Source: Candidatus Syntropharchaeum butanivorans | Lineage (GTDB): Archaea > Halobacteriota > Syntropharchaeia > Syntropharchaeales > Syntropharchaeaceae | Direction: 5' to 3' | NCBI GenBank assembly: GCA_001766825.1 | Contig: LYOR01000002.1 | Location: 129,924-193,923, forward strand | Length of the DNA stretch: 64,000 nt | Shown here: one piece after another, positions 35,941 through 46,491 of the stretch | Layout: each line of letters begins with the position of its first letter | Position numbering within the stretch: the stretch's first letter is position 1 | Program-made: the position numbers and the translations under genes | The notes under the pieces: generated by a model | Seen by the model: the letters and a program-made list of their open reading frames with translations, nothing else | Database searches by the model: none | Told to the model about the DNA's origin: nothing

Positions 35941-36386
35941 ATCAACTCCCCTGTCTCATCCTCAAGCTTAACCTCCTGCTCCTTGTTCAACGGATAACTC
36001 TTCAGCAGGGGGTGTCCCTCCCAGGAATCTGGCAACAGGATCCGTGAGAGCTTAGGATGTCCCCTGAACTTTATGCCAAACATATCATAAGCCTCTCGCT
36101 CATGCCAGTTTGCGCCTTTCCAGACACCTGTGACCGATGGTAGCACCGGATTCTCCTTCGGGATTCGCACGGTAAGCATCAACCTCTCAGAGCTTGTGTA
36201 TGACGCGATGTTGTATATCACCTCCATCCGATCCTCGTAGTCAACCCCGGAGATCGCCTCAAGGAAATCAAACCCATTATTGCGAAGATATGAGCAGACG
36301 TCCACGATACGTTCAGGTTCAACAACTATGAGACCATCTTCCTCAGTCACTGCATCCGGGAACTTCTCAGTAAGCTTCTCTATCAT
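35928..36386 (-). CDS. nuoC: Complex I-like subunit C (NuoC/FpoC)
   Basis: [27 protein letters not shown]. The ATG at 36386 overlaps the nuoB stop. Confidence 0.85.
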   Translation of the reverse strand: MIEKLTEKFPDAVTEEDGLIVVEPERIVDVCSYLRNNGFDFLEAISGVDYEDRMEVIYNIASYTSSERLMLTVRIPKENPVLPSVTGVWKGANWHEREAYDMFGIKFRGHPKLSRILLPDSWEGHPLLKSYPLNKEQEVKLEDETGELICQI

Positions 36387-37495
36387 GCCACAGCCTCCTT
36401 GCGCTTTAAGACCCACCTTTCAAACTTCTTGGTTGCAGTCCGCTCCTCCTTCACCCGCTCCTGAAGCTGGAGGAAAGCATGGAGGAGCGCCTCAGGTCTC
36501 GGAGGACAGCCAGGCACATAGATGTCAACAGGAACGATCTTGTCCACACCTTTGACAACGCTGTATGATTCAACAAAAGGTCCCCCGGTCATCGCACACG
36601 CACCCATCGCGATGACATATTTTGGCTCTGGCATCTGATCATATAATCTTCGGAGCCTCGGAGCCATCTTATGCGTGATCGTCCCGGAAACGATCATCAC
36701 ATCGGCCTGTCTGGGTGAGTTACGGAATATCATACCATATCGGTCCATATCATTGCGTGATGCAAATGTTGCCATCATCTCAGTCGCACAGCACGCGGTA
36801 CCGAACGCCATGGGCCAGAGCGAGCACCTCCTGCCCCAGTTAAAGAGCTTATCGATCGTCGTAAGGATGATGTTCTGATAGAAGTCTGGATCCACCTCCT
36901 CATCGATCTCAATCCCTGCCTCAGGCAATGAATCCTCAATCTTCCACTGCCCTCTAAAGTGTTCGTTTGAGTCTTTTATCAGAAGGTACGTCCAGTAAAT
37001 CCCGAACAGCCCAAGTGTCACGATTCCAAGCAGCACATAAGTCTTTGTCGGTCGTTCAGGAACTGTTCTCTCAATCTCCCTGCCGAGGTAGCATGAGAAG
37101 AAGCGCCGTTCCCGCTCTGCATGTCTCTCAAGATCGGTCGTAAGCCGCCACTCAATATATATACCGAGCGTGAGAATTCCCAGGACAATTCTCCAGAATG
37201 ACAGCTCCTTAAACTCCCCAGATTCATACCCTTCCCTGTGTATTCGCTTGAGATCGGCAAGCTTCTCTCTATCCTGAAGATCCTCACCCACAAGATCTAT
37301 GATCCGCTCTTCAAGATCCTTAACCCGCTTGAAGTGCTCATTTCTCCTGTGAATCAGCTTCAGATAGAGAAGAAGAAATAGAAGTCCAAGGGTGAGGATG
37401 CTGCCCAGAATCCACCAGGTTGAAACCTCCTCATCAGTGAGGATGCGCCTTCCTATCGCCCTTCTCATCCTGCTCACGATGTAATCACGATCCAT
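36383..37495 (-). CDS. nuoB: Complex I-like subunit B (NuoB/FpoB) with ~200-aa N-terminal membrane extension
   Basis: The C-terminal ~165 aa is canonical ([31 protein letters not shown]). The N-terminal ~205 aa has three hydrophobic repeats ([14 protein letters not shown]..., [17 protein letters not shown]..., [29 protein letters not shown]). The ATG overlaps the nuoA stop (TGATG). Confidence 0.85.
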   Translation of the reverse strand: MDRDYIVSRMRRAIGRRILTDEEVSTWWILGSILTLGLLFLLLYLKLIHRRNEHFKRVKDLEERIIDLVGEDLQDREKLADLKRIHREGYESGEFKELSFWRIVLGILTLGIYIEWRLTTDLERHAERERRFFSCYLGREIERTVPERPTKTYVLLGIVTLGLFGIYWTYLLIKDSNEHFRGQWKIEDSLPEAGIEIDEEVDPDFYQNIILTTIDKLFNWGRRCSLWPMAFGTACCATEMMATFASRNDMDRYGMIFRNSPRQADVMIVSGTITHKMAPRLRRLYDQMPEPKYVIAMGACAMTGGPFVESYSVVKGVDKIVPVDIYVPGCPPRPEALLHAFLQLQERVKEERTATKKFERWVLKRKEAVA

Positions 37496-37857
37496 CAACT
37501 ACCACCCACCCATTCAAGCGCGCCTATCTTCCATGCATAGGCATAGCCTGCGACAAGAATACCGATGAATAGCATCATCTCTATGAAACCAAATGCACCT
37601 AAGCTCCCAAATGATACCGCCCATGGATAGAGAAATATCGCCTCAACATCGAATATGACAAAGATTAATGCGTAAAAGTAGAACTGAATCCCGATATTCC
37701 TCCTTGCATCGCCCTCTGCGATCTCACCACACTCATAGATCGTGAACTTCTCCTCTTCCGGGATCTTTGGCCTGAAGAGCCATGAGGCTATGAACGCAAC
37801 CACAGGAAAGAGGATCCCCACGATCGTGATAAGGCATATCTCCATATAGCCGGTCAT
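37495..37857 (-). CDS. nuoA: Complex I-like subunit A (NuoA/FpoA)
   Basis: 120 aa, 3 TM, with YECGE and FDVE motifs. Confidence 0.85.
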   Translation of the reverse strand: MTGYMEICLITIVGILFPVVAFIASWLFRPKIPEEEKFTIYECGEIAEGDARRNIGIQFYFYALIFVIFDVEAIFLYPWAVSFGSLGAFGFIEMMLFIGILVAGYAYAWKIGALEWVGGS

Positions 37858-37931
37858 CGATTACACCTCACTCAGACCAGCATTTTTTAGTATATAAAAA
37901 TTTCTAAATAAATGCCTGTGGAGGATATCCT
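37858..37931. promoter_or_regulatory. Divergent promoter region (nuoA / maoC-like) with TATA-like box
   Basis: ttttttagtatataaaaatttctaaataaa lies between divergent starts. Confidence 0.4.
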
Positions 37932-38345
37932 ATGGCTGAAGCAAAGGATGCGTATCTGCGTATAAAGGTTGGAGATCGCTATAGCTTTTCAAAGACAGTT
38001 ACAGAGGCTGATATCGTGGCGTTTGCCGGAATAACTGGAGATTTCAACCCCCTCCATATTGACGAGGTTTCTGCAGGAAAGACGCAATTTAAGGGTAGAA
38101 TCGCACATGGTATGCTCACAGCAGGATTTATATCTGCGACACTCTCAAACCTGCCGGGCATTGTTCTCTACATCTCCCAGACACTTCACTTCAGACTACC
38201 GGTTAGAATCGGTGACACAATCACAGCGATATCTGAGGTCATAGAGAAGAGGGATCGGAAGAATGAGATCCTTCTCAGTACTGTCTGCAAGAATCAGGAT
38301 GATGAGGTTGTGCTTGAGGGGGAGGCGGTCGTAAGGATCATCTGA
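37932..38345 (+). CDS. MaoC-like (R)-specific enoyl-CoA hydratase / hot-dog fold dehydratase
   Basis: FAGITGDFNPLHID...IAHGMLTAGFIS. Confidence 0.8.
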   Translation: MAEAKDAYLRIKVGDRYSFSKTVTEADIVAFAGITGDFNPLHIDEVSAGKTQFKGRIAHGMLTAGFISATLSNLPGIVLYISQTLHFRLPVRIGDTITAISEVIEKRDRKNEILLSTVCKNQDDEVVLEGEAVVRII

Positions 38346-38696
38346 TAAGGTTCTGTTGAAATGCTGGTCGCGTAACATCATTGGTTGAAAAACCCACCCA
38401 CTCTCAGATCCCATCAAATTAACAGGCAAATCAAAAATCCTATTGACCAAAACAGAGAGCTTTATTGACCTATTTTCAGCATAAAACAGCTATTTTGTTG
38501 AAAGAGGAATGTAAAATGGTTGACTTAGTGAGAGACTTGCAGAGGTGGATTCACTGTACGGACCAGAGAAGGAAAAACAGGAATAATGGATGGGGATTGA
38601 GGGAGGGGGTTTGGTTTGGCAGCTGTGGGAAGGGTAAATCAAAATGCTCGATAGTTTTATCACCAATGACTCAATTCTGATTTTGAGGTTATAGAT

Positions 38697-41196
38697 GTGG
38701 TATGGGCGCTTGAGGCTGAAAAGCTAAAGGACGATGGCATTGCAGGTTCTGTTCAGGTTGATTTCAGTAAATTATCGATGGATGAAGCTCTTAAAATCTT
38801 AAAAACCTCAAAAAAAAGGATTAACTGAGGATGAAGCACAGAAGAGAATGGCAGAGTTTGGATACAATGAGATTCCAGAAGAGAGAGTAAACCCTGTAGT
38901 AAGATTTCTCACTTACTTCTGGGGCCCAATCCCATGGATGATTGAAGCAGCAGCAGTAATTTCAGCCTTTATAAGGCACTGGGCAGATTTTGGCATTATC
39001 ATGGTGCTTCTTCTGTTGAACGGAGTTGTTGCCTTCTGGCAGGAAAATAAAGCACAGAATGTAATCGCTCTTTTAAAGCAGAAACTTGCGATAAATGCAA
39101 GAGTTCTGAGGAATGGAGCGTGGAGAACCATACCATCAAGAGAAGTTGTGCCCGGGGATATTATCAAATTGAGAATTGGAGATATAGTCCCAGCAGATGT
39201 GAAGTTCATCGATGGAGAGTACCTTTCTGCCGATGAATCTACTCTGACCGGAGAATCAATGCCAGTTGATAAAAAACCGGGGGATATCGCTTATTCTGGG
39301 TCAATTGCTGTGAAAGGAGAGATGGTAGGTGTTGTTACCGCAACTGGAATGAATACGTTTTTCGGTAAAACGGTTCAGCTTGTAGAAGAGGCTAAAACGA
39401 CAAGTTCATTCCAGAAAATGGTGATAAGAGTAGGAGATTACCTGATTTTAATGGCTTTGGCTTTAGTTTCACTGACTTTTCTGGTGGCAATTTATAGGGA
39501 GGAGAGCATTCTTGAGATGCTCAGGTTTGCTCTGGTACTAATTGTTGCTGCAATACCCGTAGCCATGCCGGCAGTTCTCGCAATAACAATGGCAATTGGG
39601 GCGTTGAATCTCGCTAAAAAAGAGGCAGTTGTTACAAAGCTCGTTGCAATTGAAGAGCTTGCAGGGGTGGATGTACTCTGTTCAGACAAGACAGGCACTT
39701 TAACAAAAAACGAGCTGACGGTAGGAGAGCCGCTACCTTTCAACAACCATGAAAAGGAGGAAGTTATATTTTATGCCGCTCTTGCCTCTGAAAGAGATGG
39801 GGATTCAATTGATAACGCGATTTTCAGTGCACTGAAAGAGGTTGCTGATAGGTTAGATGAATACAAAATTCTCGAATTCACCCCATTTGACCCTGTGATA
39901 AAAAGAGACTGAGGCTGAAGTATCAAATAATGAAACTTTTAAGGTTACCAAAGGTGCACCCCAGGTTATCCTGAGTCTTTGCAATGAGAACACCGAGGTA
40001 GAGCGGGCAGTTGAAGATCTTGCTGAGAAAGGATACAGAACTTTGGGAGTTGCGAGGACAAGGAACGATGAGTGGGAGTTTGTCGGTCTTATTCCCCTTT
40101 TTGATCCGCCAAGAGATGATGCGGTAAAAGCTGTTGAGACAATAAACCGGCTTAAAGTCAGGATTAAGATGGTAACAGGAGATAACACAGCCATCGCCAA
40201 GCATATTGCCCGTATTCTGGGGCTCGGTAATAAAATCTTCCCAATGAAGGAAGTTTTAAGGCTTGGTGGGGAGGAGGTCGGAAAGATCATAGAAGAGAGT
40301 GACGTATTCTCTGAGGTTCTTCCCGAACATAAGTACAGAATAGTTGAACACCTGTAGAAGAGGGGGCATCTGGTTGCAATGACGGGTGATGGTGTGAACG
40401 ATGCCCCGGCATTAAAAAAGCAAATTGTGGTATAGCAGTGTCATCCTCCACAGATGCTGCGAGAGCTGCTGCCGATGTGTTTTTACTCCAACCCGGCCTC
40501 TCGGTCATCGCCGATGCTATAAAAGAAGCAAGAAGGATCTTCCAGAGAATGGAGAGCTATGTGATTTACAGGATTGCTGAGACGATCAGGGTACTGTTCT
40601 TCATTGTACTATCAATTCTCATCTTCAACTTCTATCCCATAACTGCGGTCATGATTGTCCTTCTCGCTCTGCTAAACGATGCGCCCATTCTTGCAATTGC
40701 CTATGACAATGTTAGAGAGATGAAAGAACCTGCAAAATGGAACCTTGAAAGAGTCATGGTGCTATCACTCCTGCTCGGTTTTGTCGGGGTTATCAGTTCA
40801 TTTGTTATATTCTATATCGGGGATGTTGTTTTATCACTTCCTACCGGAGAATTACAGTCATTTATTTTCCTGAAACTCGCTGTTGCAGGCCATCTTACTA
40901 TTTTTGTAACGAGGGTGCCGGATAATCTTTGGAGAAGACCCTATCCGGGCAGGGTACTGTTCTGGTCTGCCGTGATGACAAAGGTTCTTGCCACGCTTGT
41001 TGTTGTATTTGGGGTTTTTGTCACCCCAGTTGGCTGGAAATTGGCCGGGATGATCTGGGCTTACGCTTTGATATGGATGTTTATCGCGGATCAGGTGAAG
41101 GTGGTGTTTTTAAGAAGATATGCTATATGGAGTGGAGATGAGATCTGGCTCACACCTCCTGTTATAATGCCCGCACCAACCCTCATATCATTATAA
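38697..41196 (+). pseudogene. P-type (plasma-membrane H+-ATPase-like, type III) ATPase, disrupted at four sites
   Basis: DKTGTLT (CSDKTGTLTKN) and TGDGVNDAPALKK are present. The lesions are: an extra A in the A8 run at 38810-38817; a frameshift near 39905-39912 (IKR|TEAEV); an in-frame TAG at 40355-40357 at a conserved Gln (EHL*KRGH); and a missing A in the A6 run at 40414-40419 (ALKKANCGIAV). Confidence 0.75.
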
Positions 41197-41253
41197 TCGG
41201 GGTGCTTTTATCACCTTTTTCATCAGGCATTCCACAACCCTTAAATACAGGCG

Positions 41254-41736
41254 GTGAGAGAATTAAGTATAGTGAGTAAATCTAACCATATAGGGGAAGT
41301 TATGAATAACGGGATTGATGATATATTAAGTAATCCGAATAGAAAAGTAATCCTTTCCATCCTTCTTCAGGATGGGAAAGGACACACAGCCTATAGTCTT
41401 GAGAAGTGTAGCGGACTCTCCATCTCGATCTCTGCGATAAGCCAGCACCTGAAGAAGATGGAGGAGTTTGGGCTTGTCTGTGGCAAGGTGCCCGAGGATA
41501 GTGTCGAGGAAGGAAGGTACAAAAAGATCTATACGATAAAGGATGAATGCAAGAAGGTACTGATGGAGCGAATAAAGGACGATATCAGGATGTTCATATC
41601 AAACATGCCACTGACTGATCGTATTTACTTCCTGAAGAGTATCGAATCGATACTGAATATACCAAGAGATCAGCTTTCACTCCATACCATGAACCGCATG
41701 TCCATAGACGATGAAGGGGGGGATGTGCATGATTGA
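41254..41736 (+). CDS. Winged-helix (ArsR-like) transcriptional regulator
   Basis: [52 protein letters not shown]. The start may be the ATG at 41302. Confidence 0.6.
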   Translation: MRELSIVSKSNHIGEVMNNGIDDILSNPNRKVILSILLQDGKGHTAYSLEKCSGLSISISAISQHLKKMEEFGLVCGKVPEDSVEEGRYKKIYTIKDECKKVLMERIKDDIRMFISNMPLTDRIYFLKSIESILNIPRDQLSLHTMNRMSIDDEGGDVHD

Positions 41737-42745
41737 AGCGGATAAGAATGGAGAGGAGGAAAAGAAGGTATACAGGGCTACGACCAAGTGCCCTGAGTGT
41801 GACTCTCCACTGATAAGGCAGGACTATGAAAGGGGGGAGATCGTATGTGACTCATGTGGACTGGTCATTGAGGAGAACCTGATGGATCAGGGTGCCGAGT
41901 GGAGGGCGTTTGATTACGAGCAGATGGTCAAGCGGGCAAGGACAGGTGCACCCATGACGTACATGATCCATGACAAAGGCCTCAGTACGTTCATCGACTG
42001 GCGGGATGCAAACGTCCAGGGCAAGAGCGCATCCAACATCCAGCGGCTGAGAAAGTGGCAGAACCGGGTCAGGGTGAGTAGCTCCAGTGAGAGGAGTCTC
42101 ATATTTGCCATCTCAGAGATCGATCGAATGGGCTCTGCACTCGGGCTCTCAAAGGATGTCAGAGAAGCTGCAGCTCTCATGTACCGCAAGGCGATGGAGA
42201 AGGATCTGATCAGGGGAAGGAGTGTCGAGGGGCTTGCAACTGCAATTCTTTATGCAGTTTGCAGGCAAAAAGGTATCCCAAGGACCCTTGAAGAGGTTGG
42301 AAGTGTATCGAGGGTCAAGCAGAAGGAGATCGGGAGGACGTACCGCTTCCTCTCAAGAGAGCTCGACTTCAGGCTACAGCCCTCCTCCCCGAGCGAGTTT
42401 GTCTCGAGGTTCTGCTCACGGCTCAACCTGAAGGAAGATGTCCGTGCAAAGGCGATTGAGATCGTGAATCAGGCAGAGCAGCAGGAGCTCACCGTTGGGA
42501 AGGGGCCGATCTCAATTGCAGCGGCTGCGATATACATTGCAGCAAGACTCTGTGGGGATACAAGGACGCAGAAGGAGGTTGCGGCAGCGACAGGCGTCAC
42601 AGAGGTTACGATAAGAAACCGCTACAAGGATATCGTCGAGGCGCTTGGTATCGAGTTACCCCAGCTCCAACCCTCCTCGACCACAGCTTCAAACCTTACC
42701 TCCTCAAGTAGTCCCTTAAGTTCGGAAAAAGAGCTATCAGGATGA
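41711..42745 (+). CDS. tfb: Transcription initiation factor IIB (TFB)
   Basis: Zn ribbon CPECDS...CDSCG, a B-reader (GAEWRAF) and two cyclin folds. Alternative starts at 41723 and 41729. It overlaps the wHTH gene end. Confidence 0.9.
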   Translation: MKGGMCMIEADKNGEEEKKVYRATTKCPECDSPLIRQDYERGEIVCDSCGLVIEENLMDQGAEWRAFDYEQMVKRARTGAPMTYMIHDKGLSTFIDWRDANVQGKSASNIQRLRKWQNRVRVSSSSERSLIFAISEIDRMGSALGLSKDVREAAALMYRKAMEKDLIRGRSVEGLATAILYAVCRQKGIPRTLEEVGSVSRVKQKEIGRTYRFLSRELDFRLQPSSPSEFVSRFCSRLNLKEDVRAKAIEIVNQAEQQELTVGKGPISIAAAAIYIAARLCGDTRTQKEVAAATGVTEVTIRNRYKDIVEALGIELPQLQPSSTTASNLTSSSSPLSSEKELSG

Positions 42746-43325
42746 GTGCAAGGACTAAGATGACCTTTTCAAGATCCTTACCGCCACGGCTGTCAGCTCT
42801 CTCTTCTCTCTGAGGTAGACTGAAGACCACCCGAATAACGGATCCCTTGGTGACATTATAGGACTCAAGGAGGTAGTAGTCCCCATCGCTCAGCGTTGTG
42901 AGACCTGCAGACTCAAAGTCCCCCTTATCAAGAAGTTTGATGCCCCCTCTCAACGGTACAAGCATGTTCATCGTTCCTGTATCATAAGCAACGGCTCTTG
43001 TCAGGTTCAGGACTCCAGAAGGGGGCCTGTTCAGATTGTATGAAAGCATAACCTGGTAGCTTTCATCTGGAGGTATCACAGCTGTGAGATTCTGAGGTTT
43101 GAGCTCGTACCATCCCTCAAAGGGCGATGGATCTATCGTCCCATTGAAGGTGGTATTACCGGTATTCTTCAGTATGAGAAGCTCATCCACCTGGATGTGG
43201 TCTTCTGCTGGGGTGATGAATATATGATGCATCGGGAGAAGGAGCTCACTCGCACCCAGAGATGGTGTAGCAAGAGTGGGTAAAAGCATCAGGATCAGGA
43301 GAATACATCTAACTCGCATTATCAT
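42696..43325 (-). CDS. Secreted beta-rich protein with C-terminal TM anchor, co-transcribed with ccmF
   Basis: Signal peptide ([19 protein letters not shown]) and a C-terminal TM helix ([13 protein letters not shown]). It overlaps the ccmF stop by 17 nt. Confidence 0.5.
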   Translation of the reverse strand: MIMRVRCILLILMLLPTLATPSLGASELLLPMHHIFITPAEDHIQVDELLILKNTGNTTFNGTIDPSPFEGWYELKPQNLTAVIPPDESYQVMLSYNLNRPPSGVLNLTRAVAYDTGTMNMLVPLRGGIKLLDKGDFESAGLTTLSDGDYYLLESYNVTKGSVIRVVFSLPQREERADSRGGKDLEKVILVLALILIALFPNLRDYLRR

Positions 43326-45231
43326 CCCTCCGCTTATCAGGTATCATCGCGACGATCGCACCAATCAGAAGCAGTATACCACCCCACCAGATGAGGCTCA
43401 CAAGCGGTATGACCCTCACCTCAAAGAGCGCATACCCCTTCTCAAAACCCTGGTAAATAATGTATAGATCCTCGGGCAGCGTTGAATGTATGTATACATG
43501 CTGGTAGGTCTCGTCGAATCTGAACGAGTAGAAGAGGTTTGGTACCCCTCGATCGATAAACCTCCCATTCTTGTAGATATCAACGATAGCACAATAATAA
43601 ATCCCATTTTCTCGCTGGATCGGCTCTGTGCCAAGATATTTGATCGTGTAATCCTCGATCTCATGGGCGGATCCAGGCTGTATCGTGAAAGTATCCCGCT
43701 TCTCATAGAGTGAGGAGCCTGCAACACCAATAACCATCACGATCAGCGCTATATGCACGATGTAACCGCCGAATCTACGATGATCACGCTCTATAGCGTG
43801 CCAGAGGTTCGAGAGGGATTTACCATCTCCGGATCCTGAGGCCTCGTAGAACTCCCTCAGGTGGGTTGTGAATGCAAGTGTACAGACGAGAATGGAGGAT
43901 ACCCCGATCGGGTCTCTGACGCCTGTAAGAAACCCAAGAATAACCGCCGTAATCGAGGCAAGCGCAGGTATCATGATCTTTCCCTTGAGCTCATCAAAGG
44001 TGTACCTCCGCCACCGTATATAGGGACAGAGACCAAGAAGCAGGAGGAGTGCGAGTGCAACAGGCACATTCAGCGTGTTGTAGTACCCAGGTTGAACCAT
44101 CTGCTGGTATCCGTGTATAAGCTCTAAAAGGAGTGGGTAAAAACTCCCAATGATGATCGTTCCCCCAGACACAAGAAGGAGAATCGCTGTGAGAAGGATC
44201 AACCCGGGTCTTGATAGCTCGATCCTGACAGGATCACCTCTGAGATAATCCCACCGCCTGATAAACAACCTGAGTGATGCTGCCATGATGAGAATCAGGA
44301 AAGAAATGAGGATACCGCCAAGCCCGGAATTTGCAAATGCGTGAACAGACTGGAGAATGCCACTTCTTGTTAGAAACGTCCCGTAGAGAACGAGCAGAAA
44401 TGTCACTGTGATGAGGATGAAGTTCCATGCCCGCATACGCCCCTCCCTCTCCTCAACCATCACCGAGTGCAGGAGTGCAGATGCTGTGAGCCATGGAAGC
44501 AGTGATGAGTTCTCAACCGGATCCCACCCCCAGTAGCCACCCCATCCAAGCACATGAAACGCCCACCATGCACCGATGATGTTTCCCATCGAAAGCGCTG
44601 CCCATGCAAAGATGAGCCATCTCCTTGCATCTCTGATCCACTCCCGCCTCATTATGACTCCTGCAATCGCAAACGCAAAGGGAACAGCCATCCCAGCGTA
44701 TCCCAGGAACAGTACAGGAGGGTGTAGAATCATCCCGGGATCTTGTAATAGTGGATTGAGCCCGTTGCCATCAAGTGGGATGAAATCAAGCCGCTTGAAC
44801 GGGTTTGAGGATGTTACAATGATGTATAGAAATCCAACTGTTATCGCACCGAGCATACCTGATGCATAAGCCATGAACTGCCCATCGTTCCCTGGCTTTT
44901 CTCCAAGAATCACCACCGAAGAAAGGATCGAGATGAGCCAGACCCACAGAAGTAGGGAACCTTCCTGACCCGCCCAGAACGCTGATATGCGATAAAACAA
45001 AGGGAGATCTCGGCTTGTGTAGCTTGCAACATAGACGTTCTGGAAATCATGCGTGATCAGGAGATAAAATAGCCGCAGTGATGCGAGCGTGATGAATACG
45101 AGGGTAAGATGAGTTGAGAGTTTCCCCCAGTCGATAAACCCCTGTTTCTTAAGCTCTGCTCCAGCTACATTGAGAAAGACGGAAGCTATCCCGGTTAGAA
45201 GGGCTGCCTGAAGTATCAGAGAGTCGTTCAT
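43309..45231 (-). CDS. ccmF: Cytochrome c-type biogenesis protein CcmF (heme lyase)
   Basis: WWD motif WGGYWGWDPVENSSLLPWL. 640 aa, polytopic. Confidence 0.9.
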   Translation of the reverse strand: MNDSLILQAALLTGIASVFLNVAGAELKKQGFIDWGKLSTHLTLVFITLASLRLFYLLITHDFQNVYVASYTSRDLPLFYRISAFWAGQEGSLLLWVWLISILSSVVILGEKPGNDGQFMAYASGMLGAITVGFLYIIVTSSNPFKRLDFIPLDGNGLNPLLQDPGMILHPPVLFLGYAGMAVPFAFAIAGVIMRREWIRDARRWLIFAWAALSMGNIIGAWWAFHVLGWGGYWGWDPVENSSLLPWLTASALLHSVMVEEREGRMRAWNFILITVTFLLVLYGTFLTRSGILQSVHAFANSGLGGILISFLILIMAASLRLFIRRWDYLRGDPVRIELSRPGLILLTAILLLVSGGTIIIGSFYPLLLELIHGYQQMVQPGYYNTLNVPVALALLLLLGLCPYIRWRRYTFDELKGKIMIPALASITAVILGFLTGVRDPIGVSSILVCTLAFTTHLREFYEASGSGDGKSLSNLWHAIERDHRRFGGYIVHIALIVMVIGVAGSSLYEKRDTFTIQPGSAHEIEDYTIKYLGTEPIQRENGIYYCAIVDIYKNGRFIDRGVPNLFYSFRFDETYQHVYIHSTLPEDLYIIYQGFEKGYALFEVRVIPLVSLIWWGGILLLIGAIVAMIPDKRRDDNAS

Positions 45232-45608
45232 TCAACCTCCCCTGCATACTTTGAGGGGCACTTGACAAGAATCTCATCAGCTTTAAACAAACCATCCTCG
45301 TACGTCCCCCCCACAACGACCATCTTACCTTCCTGGAAGTTGTTAGGTATGCTGCCATTATACGAGACATTTACCGTCTCTTTTCCATCTGTAAGCCTGA
45401 ATATCAAAAGTACATCCTTCGGATGCCATTCAACAGATCCTTCAACCACGGTTCCGTTGACCTGGATGTACTTTCCCATATAATCACCTGATTTTAGCTC
45501 ACTGACCGTGATATACGGTACAACAGAGCCCTTCAATGTCAGTCCCAGCACGAGCAGACAGACAAGGATAATACCGACCCCGATAGCAATCCGGGTTTCT
45601 TTCTTCAT
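45228..45608 (-). CDS. ccmE: Heme chaperone CcmE, variant CxxxY type
   Basis: N-terminal TM helix, an OB-like body and the C-terminus EILVKCPSKYAGE, where Cys replaces the heme-binding His. I chose the ATG at 45608. ATGA overlap with ccmF. Confidence 0.85.
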   Translation of the reverse strand: MKKETRIAIGVGIILVCLLVLGLTLKGSVVPYITVSELKSGDYMGKYIQVNGTVVEGSVEWHPKDVLLIFRLTDGKETVNVSYNGSIPNNFQEGKMVVVGGTYEDGLFKADEILVKCPSKYAGEVE

Positions 45609-45756
45609 CAATCCAAATCTTTGGGGGTTGCTTAAATAGGTTTCGTAGGACTTCCTCCCTTTGAACAGATCCTGAGGCTGACACAGTTTTTGGGGGATGG
45701 TCTCACTGATCCAGTTCTGCAAATAAGAAAAGGAGGTGTAATGGGGTTAAACCTCT

Positions 45757-46026
45757 TTAATACATCGTCAAATTGTACCGATTCTTCACCCTGATATAAC
45801 TCTCACGATCACTGATACCAAGCTTCTCAGTGAGATCTCGCATTATGTCCTCCCAACCAGCCTGCCAGACCTCAGCTGCAACCTTCAGCCTGCCAAGATC
45901 ACTGTCCCAGTATATATTCTCCTTGTGCCGCTTTAAGCACCTGATTACAGCAGCAGCACCATCTGCACCGCCCCCTTTATGCTCCATTTCCTCAAGACAT
46001 TCATCGATCATCGATCTTACCTCCAT
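45757..46026 (-). CDS. Hypothetical protein (89 aa)
   Basis: The ORF lies 35-150 nt upstream of ccmE on the same strand. I recognise no family. Confidence 0.35.
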   Translation of the reverse strand: MEVRSMIDECLEEMEHKGGGADGAAAVIRCLKRHKENIYWDSDLGRLKVAAEVWQAGWEDIMRDLTEKLGISDRESYIRVKNRYNLTMY

Positions 46027-46491
46027 TCCCTCCTTTTATCTCAACTTTTATATCTTTTTATCTTTTTTTAGACTATCAGAACACGACTGTCACAGGATGG
46101 TGAGTGCAGGGATGTAAGAAATTGATCCCGTAACAGTTGTGGTGGAAACTTTTAGGGGCAGGGATACAGCCCCACCCTCTGTGAAGCTAAATACCGACGA
46201 TGGAATACAGCAAAAAGATCCCTCTTTGTGCCATTGTTGCAATTATCTATGAGATATCAAAGCAATATCGGTTGACTCAACTTGCAAAGATGAGATACAC
46301 GTCTTCAGAAAAGTGAGCTACAAGCTCTGGGAACACAAGAGGGGAATATGTTATGGGATGAAGAAATGGGAGGAATAAGCAGGCAGGCGTATGAAGAACA
46401 GGTGGATGAGCTGGGATGTTAAGGGGGCTGAAATCTTGTAGGTCTTGTAATGAAGAATTACTGAATGGGGGTGAACGCGATGGGTGCAGAC

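Noticed and set aside
38465-38680. 71-aa + ORF in the A/T-rich gap before the P-type ATPase.
   Set aside because: It has no SD, an odd composition and no motif. It lies in apparently non-coding DNA.
40355-40357. In-frame TAG inside the P-type ATPase, considered as a possible pyrrolysine codon.
   Set aside because: It falls at a position that is a conserved Gln (a CAG-to-TAG single change). The same gene carries three frameshifts. A nonsense mutation in a pseudogene is the simpler reading.
46380-46470. ATGAAGA ... CTGA ... ATGAAGA ... CTGA pattern resembling C/D-box sRNA motifs.
   Set aside because: The box sequences are imperfect (ATGAAGA rather than RUGAUGA). The spacings (~33 nt and 4 nt) do not fit the ~12-nt guide geometry.
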